The translations under genes were made by a program, and so were the position numbers. This document shows, one piece after another, positions 8,750-17,568 of a DNA stretch of 46,315 nucleotides (positions within the stretch are counted from its first letter, which is position 1; every line of letters starts with the position of its first letter). This DNA comes from a virus (taxonomy: Duplodnaviria; Caudoviricetes): IMG/VR virus record IMGVR_UViG_3300044711_000125, positions 1-46,315 of that record, one strand, 5' to 3'. A model generated the notes under the pieces. It was given only the letters and a program-made list of their open reading frames with translations. It searched no databases and had not been told where the DNA came from.

Positions 8750-9198
8750 GCGGCCTCCGGGAGCCTGGCGCTGGCGGTGGCCCAGCAGTCGATCTGGTCG
8801 CTGGTCAGTTGCCAGTCGTCGGCGAGGTTTGAGATGATATCGCGCTTGAAGAGTTGATAATGGACGCGATGGCCCTGGATGCCGGCCCATTTGTCGTCCG
8901 CGGCGCCGTCATAACCGCAGACGTCTTTTGGTTGCGAACATTTCCAGCCGTTGAGGTCGGAGCCGCAATAGGGGCAGACGGGAGGGGGTTTTTCGGGGCC
9001 GAAATGGTCGGCGAGGATGGCCAGGGCGAGCTGGGCCGGGCCGCTGCCGCCATAGCCCCAGCCGAAGCCGGTGGGAGAGTGGTTGCGAATTTCCAAGTGC
9101 AACGGAAGCGGGTAGGAACGGCCGTGCTGGTCGCTGACATAGACTTCGCAGCCAGTGTCGAGACGATGGCCGGTGTACGTTTTGACGGCGGTGTTCAT
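8746..9198 (-). CDS. DUF6166-like protein
   Basis: NHSPTGFGWGYGGSGPAQLALAILAD signature plus an inserted CPYC...C...C motif. Confidence 0.8.
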   Translation of the reverse strand: MNTAVKTYTGHRLDTGCEVYVSDQHGRSYPLPLHLEIRNHSPTGFGWGYGGSGPAQLALAILADHFGPEKPPPVCPYCGSDLNGWKCSQPKDVCGYDGAADDKWAGIQGHRVHYQLFKRDIISNLADDWQLTSDQIDCWATASARLPEAA

Positions 9199-9223
9199 GG
9201 AGGGGATTGGGGTTGGCGGAGGT

Positions 9224-9409
9224 TTAGGCGGCTTGCCTTTGGTGCTTTGCGTGATCGGCGATGATCAGAGAGCGGACGTAGGAGCTCCAGTTGCCGGCGT
9301 GCTCTGGTTTGGCAGCTTGTTGGTCGCCAAAGGAGATAACATCGGCGGGAATTGTGAGAGTCTTTCGAACGAACCGATCGCTGCGGGCAGATTTCTTTTT
9401 GCTGGACAT
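9224..9409 (-). CDS. Ribbon-helix-helix regulator (Cro/Arc position)
   Basis: VRKTLTIPADVISF...GNWSSYVRSLI; first gene of the leftward operon. Confidence 0.75.
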   Translation of the reverse strand: MSSKKKSARSDRFVRKTLTIPADVISFGDQQAAKPEHAGNWSSYVRSLIIADHAKHQRQAA

Positions 9410-9548
9410 GCGTGCAATAAAGCATACTCAGTCATACTGTGTCAACGGGAAAGTTTTGGGAAGTTATTCGCGAGTTATTCACAAAAACGGGCAGATCGGA
9501 AGATTTCGCTTGCATACTGAGTATGATTGCGTATTCTGGAGTCATGGC
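9410..9548. promoter_or_regulatory. Divergent promoter/operator region (lysis-lysogeny switch)
   Basis: AT-rich gap; CATACT at 9423, 9432 and 9513; palindrome CATACTGAGTATG at 9513-9525; AGTTATTC twice within 9462-9480. Confidence 0.7.
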
Positions 9549-9803
9549 ATGAAAAAGAAACCCGAACGCCAAGATCGGCGTACAACAATCAGCCTGGCTG
9601 CCGTGGTGTGGGATTGGGCGCAGGAAATGATGCGGCTCAAGGGTTTTAACGACAATATCAGCGCCTACGTTGCGGACCTCATCCGCCGAGACAAGGAGCG
9701 GCAAGAGCAGAAGACGGGCGCCATTTTTCCCAAGCGCGGACCCGAACGGTTGGAATTGAACGAAACGGCGCCGCCGGCCAGGGAAAAGAAACCAGATCAC
9801 TGA
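9549..9803 (+). CDS. Ribbon-helix-helix regulator (repressor position)
   Basis: RRTTISLAAVVWDWAQEMMRLKGFNDNISAYVADLIRRD; ATG 9549. Confidence 0.75.
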   Translation: MKKKPERQDRRTTISLAAVVWDWAQEMMRLKGFNDNISAYVADLIRRDKERQEQKTGAIFPKRGPERLELNETAPPAREKKPDH

Positions 9804-9832
9804 AGAAAATCAGTTAAACAGAAAGGAACTCC

Positions 9833-10327
9833 ATGAACACAATCCTCAAAACTTCCAACTGCATTGCGATCGCCGGGCTTGGCTTGCTAATGGGTTGCGC
9901 GACGCCGCCGGCGGGCACGCCGCAGGTGACGCGGACTTTCAACCAACCGTATGACAAAGTTTGGAGCGCAGTGGTGGCGTCGGTGCCTCCGGATTATCCG
10001 CTGCAGGTAATCGAAAAGGCAAGCGGGGTGATCCAAACCCAAGAGATCCAACTGGGTGAAGCGGGGAAGTCGTACGGGTTCCCCCCGGCCGTTTTTCTTG
10101 GAATCTGGGGTTACACGAAGGGCCGGCTGTCGATCAATGTGACGAGCGAGGAAGCGGAGAGAACGAGCGTGCGATTGATCGGGCACTTCGAGGGGCACGA
10201 GATCAATATGACCCACGATTGGTATGTGTGGCCGTCGCGGGGAGTACTGGAGACGTCGTTGATGGATGAGATCGGCAACCGGTTGACGGTCCAAGAGAAC
10301 GAAGGGAAGAGGAACGTGGCGCAGTAG
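9833..10327 (+). CDS. Lipoprotein, possible lysogenic-conversion or superinfection-exclusion protein
   Basis: Lipobox LLMG-C; AAAGGA upstream; lies between the repressor and the integrase. Confidence 0.8.
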   Translation: MNTILKTSNCIAIAGLGLLMGCATPPAGTPQVTRTFNQPYDKVWSAVVASVPPDYPLQVIEKASGVIQTQEIQLGEAGKSYGFPPAVFLGIWGYTKGRLSINVTSEEAERTSVRLIGHFEGHEINMTHDWYVWPSRGVLETSLMDEIGNRLTVQENEGKRNVAQ

Positions 10328-10335
10328 GGTATCGA

Positions 10336-10347
10336 GAACAATTGTTC
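10336..10347. promoter_or_regulatory. Palindrome GAACAATTGTTC upstream of the integrase
   Basis: Perfect 12-bp palindrome; second copy at 45601-45612. Confidence 0.45.
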
Positions 10348-10360
10348 CCGCGGAGGCTCC

Positions 10361-11752
10361 ATGAACAGCGAAGCGGCAAATGGTTTTGACCGAGGGCCAA
10401 AAGATCCAAGTGCATTGGTGCGGGTTGGGGGCGGTTTGTTGCACGGAGGGCGCAGTTCGTTGCAGACGAAGGGTGGTTTGTTGCAGCCAGCACGGGGAGT
10501 AGCGGCCGAAACATCCAAGCGCAAGAGTTTGGTTTTTGAATTTGAGGGCGCGGCGGTTAGGTACCAGAAATATCGTAACGCGGCCGGATACTATTACATG
10601 ATTTTCATCAAGGAAGGTCGTGGGCGCCGGCGGGAAGCGCGGACGACGTGGACGTCGGCAAAGAAGAGGATGCAGGAGATTTGCATCGCTATAGCCAATG
10701 GCCAGGCGCGCATGAGTCGTTTCACGGAGGAAGATCGGGCAGCTTACTTGCGTGCGAGCGAATTGCTGCGGCCGACAGGCCAAAAGATCGAAGTGGCTTC
10801 TGCTATTTATACAGAGTGTGTGCAAAAGCTGTCAGGAAGGGCGACGATTTCTGAGGCAGTTGATTATTTTCTTTCTAAGCCGGTTAGAGTTAGGGCAAAG
10901 GCGGAAGTTCCAAAAGTGGTGCAGGAGTTCCTGGCTGACAAACAAGCCCAGATTTCTAAGCGTTGGCATGACACACTTGCGCAGCAGCTCGAGCGTTTTG
11001 CTGAATGGTTCAATGGGCCAATTGACGAATTGTCGAGTTACGAAATCAACATGTTCCTTCGCGGACTCTCGGTAGGCGCGAGAGCGAGGTTCAATTACAG
11101 AGCGGCGATTCAGCAGCTTTCGATTTGGGCAAAGGGAAATGGATATCTTGAAAGCGATTGGGCTGAGATGTGGATGGTTGCACAACCGGAAATTGATCCA
11201 ATTGAAATCAAAACATTTACGCCGGCAGAGGTTGCTAAGCTGATGGCCAACTGCAGATCAGTTTTTATTCCGTTTTGCGCTTTGCAAGTTTGGGCAGGCT
11301 TAAGACACGAGGAGGCAAGGAGGATGGATTGGCGGGACGTTGATCTAGAGCGTGGACAAGTCTATGTGTCCAAGCACGTCGCAAAAAAGATTGGACGAGA
11401 CAGGATTGTGCCGATGTCTCTGAACCTGGTTAAGTGGCTCGAGCCATGTTCGAATAGCTCCGGTCATGTTTGCGCTTTGTCGAATACCTCGAACGCTCTT
11501 TGGCGCACAAAACAAAAAGCTGGCTTGCCCTGCGGCCGAGAGGAAACGAGAAACGTGCTGAGAAAGACATTCATCACCTACAGGCTGGCTCTGACGAAGA
11601 ATGCGGCGCAAGTGGCTGAGGAAGCAGGAACTTCGGTTGCCAAAATAAGATCAAATTACGGAAGGCCGCTCCGTGAATCAGAAGGTGCTCAGCTCTTTGA
11701 TATTTGGCCCACGCAAGCTGAGATTCTGCAGTTAAATTTTTCCGGCTTCTGA
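10361..11752 (+). CDS. int: Tyrosine recombinase / phage integrase
   Basis: AGLRHEE (R), KHVAKK (K), NVLRKTFITY, AGTS...IRSNY (Y); start codon uncertain. Confidence 0.9.
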   Translation: MNSEAANGFDRGPKDPSALVRVGGGLLHGGRSSLQTKGGLLQPARGVAAETSKRKSLVFEFEGAAVRYQKYRNAAGYYYMIFIKEGRGRRREARTTWTSAKKRMQEICIAIANGQARMSRFTEEDRAAYLRASELLRPTGQKIEVASAIYTECVQKLSGRATISEAVDYFLSKPVRVRAKAEVPKVVQEFLADKQAQISKRWHDTLAQQLERFAEWFNGPIDELSSYEINMFLRGLSVGARARFNYRAAIQQLSIWAKGNGYLESDWAEMWMVAQPEIDPIEIKTFTPAEVAKLMANCRSVFIPFCALQVWAGLRHEEARRMDWRDVDLERGQVYVSKHVAKKIGRDRIVPMSLNLVKWLEPCSNSSGHVCALSNTSNALWRTKQKAGLPCGREETRNVLRKTFITYRLALTKNAAQVAEEAGTSVAKIRSNYGRPLRESEGAQLFDIWPTQAEILQLNFSGF

Positions 11753-11771
11753 AGTCCGTTGGAGGAGGCGC

Positions 11772-11991
11772 GTAATGCGTGTTGACTGGACCGTAATGCG
11801 CGCGCGTTGGCTGGCCCGTAATGCGCGCGCGTTGGCTGGCCCGTAATGCGCGCGTTGGCTGGCCCGTAATGCGCGGCGCTGGCTGGCCTGTAATGCGCGC
11901 GCTGGCTGGCCCGTAATGCGCGCGCTGGCTGGCCCGTAATGCGCGCGCTGGCTGGCCTGTAATGCGCGCGCTGGCTGGCCTGTAATGCGCG
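11772..11991. repeat. Non-coding tandem repeat, unit ~GTAATGCGCGCGCTGGCTGGCC(C/T), 10 GTAATGCG cores
   Basis: Cores at 11772, 11793, 11818, 11843, 11866, 11890, 11913, 11936, 11959 and 11982. Confidence 0.95.
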
Positions 11992-12379
11992 TTAAGGAAT
12001 CTCTTATAGGCTGGTGCGAAGCTGGGGCCGGACCGGAGCGCTGGGAGGTCGTGTGGGATGGGGGAGGAAAAAAAAGCCCGAAATTCGGCACACAGAAAGG
12101 CGCACAGCACACACAGCGTTTCCTGGTGGCCCGCAGGCAGGCGTTGGCGGACAGGGGGCAGGAAGTGGCGGGGAGTGAACCGCGAAGGCCTGCGGGCCCG
12201 GGATTGTACGGGCGGGATTTGTCCGTAAAGAAAAATCTGGAGAGGAGGCGCGGGAAGTAGTAAACCGGCGCAGACGCGCGAGCAGGAAGGCGTTTATCAG
12301 AAGCAAGGGCAGGCGGGCGAGGATCGCGAAGAGAGTGGTTAGAGCGTCGCGCGGGCGGCCGAGGAAGGGGAGCGTGGAG

Positions 12380-12856
12380 ATGCCGCAGTTTGATTCGCTG
12401 GCGCAGGCGTCGGCGGCGATGCGGGTGCCGGTGGCGGCGTTGAAGCTGGCGAAGGCGAATGGGTGCGGGGCGTTCAGGCATGGGCGGGTGGATTCGGCGG
12501 AGTTCCTGGGCTGGTGGTTCGAGTCGAAGATGGATGGGACGGACTGGAGCCGGGAGTTGAAGAAGGAACAGACGCTGCGGGAGCGGATGCGGCGTGAGTC
12601 GGAGGAGGGTGAGCTCATCAATTTCAAGGAGGTGGAGCGATTTTTCCAGAGGGTTATTGGGCATCGGTTTTTCCGTGAGTTGGAGGAGGCGGCGGAGGAG
12701 TGGCCGCGGGGGCTGGTTGGGCAGGATGCTGGAACGATTGATGCAGCGGTGACGGGTTGCATCGAACGGATCAAGCATGGGCTCAAACAGGCGATCGAGC
12801 AGTTTCAAAGTGCACATACAGAGAAAGGGAAAAAGCCAACAGCCAATAGCCAATAG
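12380..12856 (+). CDS. Terminase small subunit (Nu1-like)
   Basis: Directly upstream of GpA; N-terminal HTH-like region, coiled coil, EGELI motif. Confidence 0.7.
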   Translation: MPQFDSLAQASAAMRVPVAALKLAKANGCGAFRHGRVDSAEFLGWWFESKMDGTDWSRELKKEQTLRERMRRESEEGELINFKEVERFFQRVIGHRFFRELEEAAEEWPRGLVGQDAGTIDAAVTGCIERIKHGLKQAIEQFQSAHTEKGKKPTANSQ

Positions 12857-12875
12857 CCAAGCCCGAACTCCGAAA

Positions 12876-14861
12876 ATGATTCGCGGAGGGAAACTTTCCC
12901 GGCCGCGGAAAAGTGATCTGCTTCGGTTGTGCGCGGCGGCGTTGGCGGCTATTCCGGAGCGAGGACCGGACCCGGTGAGGTGGGTGGAGCGGGAGGAGAT
13001 TTATGTACCGACGTCGTCGCTGTCGAAGCGGGTGGACCTCCGGATCACGCCATGGCTGAGGGAGCCGCTGAGCCGGCTGGTGGACGGGACCAGGTCGGTG
13101 ACGTTCGTGAAGCCGGTGCAGTGCGGGGGTTCGACTTTCGGGGAGGTGGCGCTGCTGTATTGGATCGTTTGGGGGCGGAGCGGGTTCCTGCAGTATAACT
13201 GGTCGGATGATGGGAAGGCGCGGGATCGGTGGGAATCGCGGGTGCAGAAGCTACTCTGGGGCAATGCGGTCGTGCTGCGGAAGATCCAGGGGTTGGCGCG
13301 GCACGAGGCGGTGAAGGGGGAGATCGATTTTGGGAACATCTTCTTTCGGATGCAGGGGGCGTTTAATCCGAGCAACCTTGATTCGGATTCGGTGCGGTAC
13401 CAGATCAACGAGGAGGTGCACGATTGGGAGCCTGGTCATTTGGCGAAGGCGTATGGGCGCACGACGGCGATCTGGAACGCGATTATCCTCAATATCTCGA
13501 ATGCGGGCAAGAAGGGGGACCAGTTGCACCAGGCGCTGGAGGAGGGGACGAACCAGCAGTGGGAGGTGAAGTGCAATGGCTGCGGAAATCCACACCATGA
13601 GGCGAACACGGTGTTCCATATCATGCGGACCAGGTGGGAGGAAAAGCGGCCGGACCTGGGCGGGCTGCGGTATGAGGCGGAGGGGTGCCGGCGGGATGAT
13701 GGGAGCTACGATTACAACCGGCTGGAGGGGACTATCCGGTACCAGATGCCGTGCGGGTTCCAAGTTCGGGACAATCCGCGGGACAGGGCTGTCATGAGTC
13801 GTGGCGGGCGCTACGGGCCTCCGCGGAATATGGGGGCGCACTTATCCAACCGATCTTACACGTTGGAGGCGGTGGCGGTTGACTACATACCGTGGCTGAA
13901 GCTGATTCAGGAGAAGCATAAGGCGCTGCTTGCGAGGCGGCATGGTGATCCGGAGCCGTGGCGGCGGTATGTGACGGAGCGGGAGTGCGGGTTTTACGAT
14001 CCCGGGGATTTTCCGATAACGGGGACGATTACGCTGAGCACGGAGAGGAAGAAGTCTCGAACTGGGTTGTTTGAGGGGAGAGGGGAGGATGGCAGATGGC
14101 AGATGGCAGATGGCAAGACCGGACTCAGATTCTTTGCGTTGGACCGGCAGAAGGGGAAGGGGGCGCGGCAAGAGTTTCCGCATTGGTGGATGGTCATTAG
14201 GGACGTTGACGAGGATGGTAACAGCCTTTTGGTGTTTGAGGGGAAGCTGGAGACGGATGACCAGGTGCTGGCGGTGCTGAAGGACCATGAGTGTGAGCCG
14301 CATCATGGGGTGGCGGATTCGGGGTTTAACGCGACGCACGTTTACCTTTTCTGCCTGCAGAATGGGATCAATGCGATTAAGGGCGGGGCGGCGCCGTTCT
14401 ATGCGCATCCGGATGGGGCGCGGAGGATTTTCGGGCCGGAGAAGCCGTTGCATGGGTTCATCAATCGTGATCCGAAGTACGATTATGTGATGAACACGGA
14501 GGGGGATCATCAGCCGGATCCGCGGGAGCCGCTCTTTTGGTTTTATTCGAAGCCGGGGATCCGGGAGCGGTTGGCGTGGCTGAGGAATTCGACGAAGTGG
14601 GAGGTGCCGGGGGATGTGAGCCTCGAGTATCAGAGTCACATGGAGTCGGAGGAGATGGTGGAGCGGAAGAACGCGCGGACGGGGGAGATATTTCATGAGT
14701 GGCGGCAGTTGAAGGAGAGGAACGATCTGTTTGTGTGCGAGTGCTATATCGCGATGCAGATCGAGATGGCGGGGCTTATAGGCGGGATTGAAGAGGAGGG
14801 GCCGGAGGTGGGAGGTGAGAGGGGCGAGGGGCGAGGGACGGACGAGGGGGGAAAAGAATGA
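12876..14861 (+). CDS. terL: Terminase large subunit, GpA family
   Basis: TPWLREPL, VKPVQCGGST (Walker A), YQINEEV (Walker B), WEVKCNGC, VADSG and NDLFVCE nuclease motifs. Confidence 0.92.
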   Translation: MIRGGKLSRPRKSDLLRLCAAALAAIPERGPDPVRWVEREEIYVPTSSLSKRVDLRITPWLREPLSRLVDGTRSVTFVKPVQCGGSTFGEVALLYWIVWGRSGFLQYNWSDDGKARDRWESRVQKLLWGNAVVLRKIQGLARHEAVKGEIDFGNIFFRMQGAFNPSNLDSDSVRYQINEEVHDWEPGHLAKAYGRTTAIWNAIILNISNAGKKGDQLHQALEEGTNQQWEVKCNGCGNPHHEANTVFHIMRTRWEEKRPDLGGLRYEAEGCRRDDGSYDYNRLEGTIRYQMPCGFQVRDNPRDRAVMSRGGRYGPPRNMGAHLSNRSYTLEAVAVDYIPWLKLIQEKHKALLARRHGDPEPWRRYVTERECGFYDPGDFPITGTITLSTERKKSRTGLFEGRGEDGRWQMADGKTGLRFFALDRQKGKGARQEFPHWWMVIRDVDEDGNSLLVFEGKLETDDQVLAVLKDHECEPHHGVADSGFNATHVYLFCLQNGINAIKGGAAPFYAHPDGARRIFGPEKPLHGFINRDPKYDYVMNTEGDHQPDPREPLFWFYSKPGIRERLAWLRNSTKWEVPGDVSLEYQSHMESEEMVERKNARTGEIFHEWRQLKERNDLFVCECYIAMQIEMAGLIGGIEEEGPEVGGERGEGRGTDEGGKE

Positions 14862-15214
14862 TCAATGCGCATCGACGATTGGCTTTGCTTGACGATCTTA
14901 CACTCGAGGACCTGAAGAAGTTCCTGGTTACGGACGAGTGTCCGGTGGTCCGGCACGAAGCGGCGTTTAAGCTTGGAGAGCGTTTCGGAGGCAATCCGGA
15001 GGCTGCGCATGCATTGTGCGAGGCCTCGGCGGACCGTTCGATTCTGGTGAGGCATGAGGTGGCGCTGGCTCTGGCTCATTTTCCATGCGAACAGACGGCG
15101 GCCGTGTTGGTGGACATGGTGCTGGATCCGAGCCCGGATGTTGCTGCCTCTGCACAGTTCGCGATCGTGCAAATGGTTTATGACTTTGCGGAGGTACCGA
15201 TTTCACGCGGGTAA
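14858..15214 (+). CDS. HEAT-repeat (PBS-lyase-like) protein
   Basis: DECPVVRHEAAFKLG, DRSILVRHEVALALA, DPSPDVAASA. Confidence 0.8.
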   Translation: MINAHRRLALLDDLTLEDLKKFLVTDECPVVRHEAAFKLGERFGGNPEAAHALCEASADRSILVRHEVALALAHFPCEQTAAVLVDMVLDPSPDVAASAQFAIVQMVYDFAEVPISRG

Positions 15215-15251
15215 CCAAAGGACGCGGGTGAACAAACTGAATGGAACCAAG

Positions 15252-15455
15252 ATGATCACGAGGAAGGACATAGCGACGATGCTGAATGTTAGCGTGGGCG
15301 CGGTTCGGCGGAATGAGAAACGGGTGGGGCTGGACCGGGCGAGGTGTGATATCAATCCGCGGTTGATTAGGTATGACTTAATCAAGGTGAGGATGATTTT
15401 CGTGGCGCATGGGTGGCCGGTGCCGGCGGCGTGGGGAATAGCGGATAGCAAATAG
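15252..15455 (+). CDS. Small HTH protein
   Basis: MITRKDIATMLNVSVGAVRRNEKR. Confidence 0.65.
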   Translation: MITRKDIATMLNVSVGAVRRNEKRVGLDRARCDINPRLIRYDLIKVRMIFVAHGWPVPAAWGIADSK

Positions 15456-15465
15456 CGGATAGCGA

Positions 15466-15693
15466 ATGCTCTGGACGGCGATAGCGCGGTGTGGCGTCTG
15501 CAGGCGGGAATTGAACAGGGCCGAGCACGTGCCTGAGTCCGAAAAATTAAGGATCGCAGTGAGCGCGCCGCTCATGGCGGTTTGCCCGGAGCGAGGCCAC
15601 AATGCGTTCAGTGATTGCAATCCGGGCGTGGAGCTTGAGTGGATAGAGGAGGAGGATCGGACGAGTCGGACGGGGTCGGACGGGGCGGACTGA
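15466..15693 (+). CDS. Small Cys-containing hypothetical protein
   Basis: CGVC...CPERGH motif; ORF track. Confidence 0.6.
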   Translation: MLWTAIARCGVCRRELNRAEHVPESEKLRIAVSAPLMAVCPERGHNAFSDCNPGVELEWIEEEDRTSRTGSDGAD

Positions 15694-15694
15694 A

Positions 15695-15784
15695 ATGAGC
15701 GCCACGATAGGGTTGTTGCTGATCATTGCGTTTATTATCGGGATGTACTGCGGCGTGGAGTTGTACGATCGGTTGGGGAGGTGA
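15695..15784 (+). CDS. 29-aa single-TM peptide
   Basis: Hand translation MSATIGLLLIIAFIIGMYCGVELYDRLGR*; starts 1 nt after the previous stop. Confidence 0.5.
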   Translation: MSATIGLLLIIAFIIGMYCGVELYDRLGR

Positions 15785-16004
15785 GAGGGGCGAGGGGCGA
15801 GGCCTCACGCAAAGGACGCGAAGGGCGCAAAGGAGAATAGCCAATAGCAAATGGCAAATAGCAAATGGAAGAGGCGGAGCCTGGAGGGAGTTTTTGCGGT
15901 CCGGATGCCGAAGGATGCGCCGGTTGAGTGGACGCGACCGGAGAGCTCGGAAGTATTTATCGTGGATTTGGCTGCCGCGCGGAGGAGGGCGAGGAAGCGC
16001 CGAC

Positions 16005-16200
16005 GTTGATCCTGGATCAACTTGTTGATCCTGGATCAACTCTCCAATCCCCCGTTTTGGGGGATCGGCTGGCATTCCGGGCTTGGTCGACGGGATCAAA
16101 ACCCGTCGACAAGCATGGTTTTTTGGCCTGTTTTGTGGGGGTCCTTCGATTTGTGCCCATTTTGTACAAAGACCCAGTCCCCCGTTTTGGGTGATTGGCT
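16005..16200. promoter_or_regulatory. Non-coding control region with paired palindromes and direct repeats
   Basis: GTTGATCCTGGATCAAC at 16005 and 16024; TCCCCGTTTTGGG twice; hairpin GTCGACGGG/CCCGTCGAC. Confidence 0.5.
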
Positions 16201-16203
16201 CTG

Positions 16204-16401
16204 CGTGAGGTGCGCGCCGTGCACCGGGTGCGAAAGTGACGCTAAGCAGCCTAACTCGCGCGAAGGTGAGCGAAGTGGGAGGACCGGCGGGGTGGGGGTT
16301 GTGGTGTAGTGGGGGTTATGCGAAGTGCGCTACAGCAAAACACCGGGCCGCCAATGGTCGGTGGTGAGCTGTCTTGCCTGGGCCACCTTTCATTACTCAC
16401 G
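16204..16401 (+). ncRNA. Candidate structured RNA / late leader
   Basis: Closing stem CGTGAG/CTCACG enclosing several hairpins, folded by eye. Confidence 0.3.
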
Positions 16402-16572
16402 GCCCGAAAACATCCTTCTGAGAGCTGCTGGTTTCTTCTGTTTGTTTTGTACTTGGGTTTGGTTTCTGGGCGGCGCCTCGATTGTCCGGGGCGCTGCATT
16501 TTTAACCGCTAATAAGCGCTGATAAACGCTGATGAAGACGAGGAAGAGGAAGAGGCGGAGGCAGATTGAAAA

Positions 16573-17052
16573 ATGATACCGACGAGTTTTAAGAGGAGTT
16601 GTTTGGAGGATGCGTGGGAGGACGTGAAGGGGCTTGGGGATGACCAGGCGGAGCGGCCGCTGCGGGCCCGGCTACGGGAGAATGAGAAGGCGACGAGGAA
16701 GATGCTGGCGGGCGGGTCGTATAAGTGGGCGGAGGCGAATTCGCGGAAATCGATTTTTGAGAAGTACGGCGAGGGTGTGGTGACGCCGCTGGAGGTGTTG
16801 GGGACGTGGCGGGAGTTGATCGATTTGTACGATGGGTCGGTGAAGTTTTTGGAGCAGTGCGCGCTGTATGATTTGGATCCGGAAGAGGTGGAGTTGCAGG
16901 GGTTTCCACAGAGCGGGCTGACGCAGGTGGGGAGTCCGGAGGCGGTGGGGGAGGAGACGCTGTTTAATTGGATGATGGACCACCTGGTGGCGGTGACGGA
17001 GGCGAGGGGGGACTACTCGCATCTTAGGGAGCAGGGAATCGGCTACGCCTAA
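16573..17052 (+). CDS. Hypothetical protein, head-completion (gpW) position
   Basis: Lies between terminase and portal; codon bias typical of the late arm. Confidence 0.7.
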   Translation: MIPTSFKRSCLEDAWEDVKGLGDDQAERPLRARLRENEKATRKMLAGGSYKWAEANSRKSIFEKYGEGVVTPLEVLGTWRELIDLYDGSVKFLEQCALYDLDPEEVELQGFPQSGLTQVGSPEAVGEETLFNWMMDHLVAVTEARGDYSHLREQGIGYA

Positions 17053-17568
17053 AGTGCGAGGGGCGAAGTGCGAAGTGCGAGGTGGGAGGTTTGAAGTTTA
17101 TCCCCGGGAGTGGTGAGCCGGGGAAGTCGCCGGCGCGCTGGGGAGTGCCGTTTCTGGCGCGTCGGCGCAGCCAGGGATTTCCTGCGTCCAGCGAGGCGCA
17201 GGGGGGAGGGTCGGGGAGGCGGATCCGCGTGCGCTGAGCTGGCCCTCCCGAATCGAGTGGGGAATGCGGAATGCGGAGTGCGGAGTGCGGAATAAAAGGC
17301 CGGGGGCGCGGTCGGCTGCCGGCGCCCCAGGCCGGTCTGATGTTGTGAGCGCGGCGGCTCGGCGGTGCGGAGAGGTCTGAGGGCCCCGGGCCGGGGAGAC
17401 GCGCCGCGGGAGAGGCTGAGCGGAGCGGAGGGAATAGCAAATAGAAAATAGCGGATAGCGGAGAAGGCGGAGAGAAGAGGGAGTTTTAACCACGGATGGC
17501 ACGGATGGCACGGATGGGAAGGAAACCACAGAGGCACGGAGGCACGGAGGAAGAGGAGGAGGCAAAGG

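Noticed and set aside
2208-9264. Long plus-strand ORFs in the left arm (e.g. 3877-4890, 5353-6348)
   Set aside because: G/E/A-rich antisense shadows of recognisable minus-strand genes.
11772-11991. CRISPR array
   Set aside because: Units are contiguous with no unique spacers, and there are no cas genes.
16210-16400. Group II intron (GTGCG start)
   Set aside because: No domain V/VI and no reverse transcriptase found.
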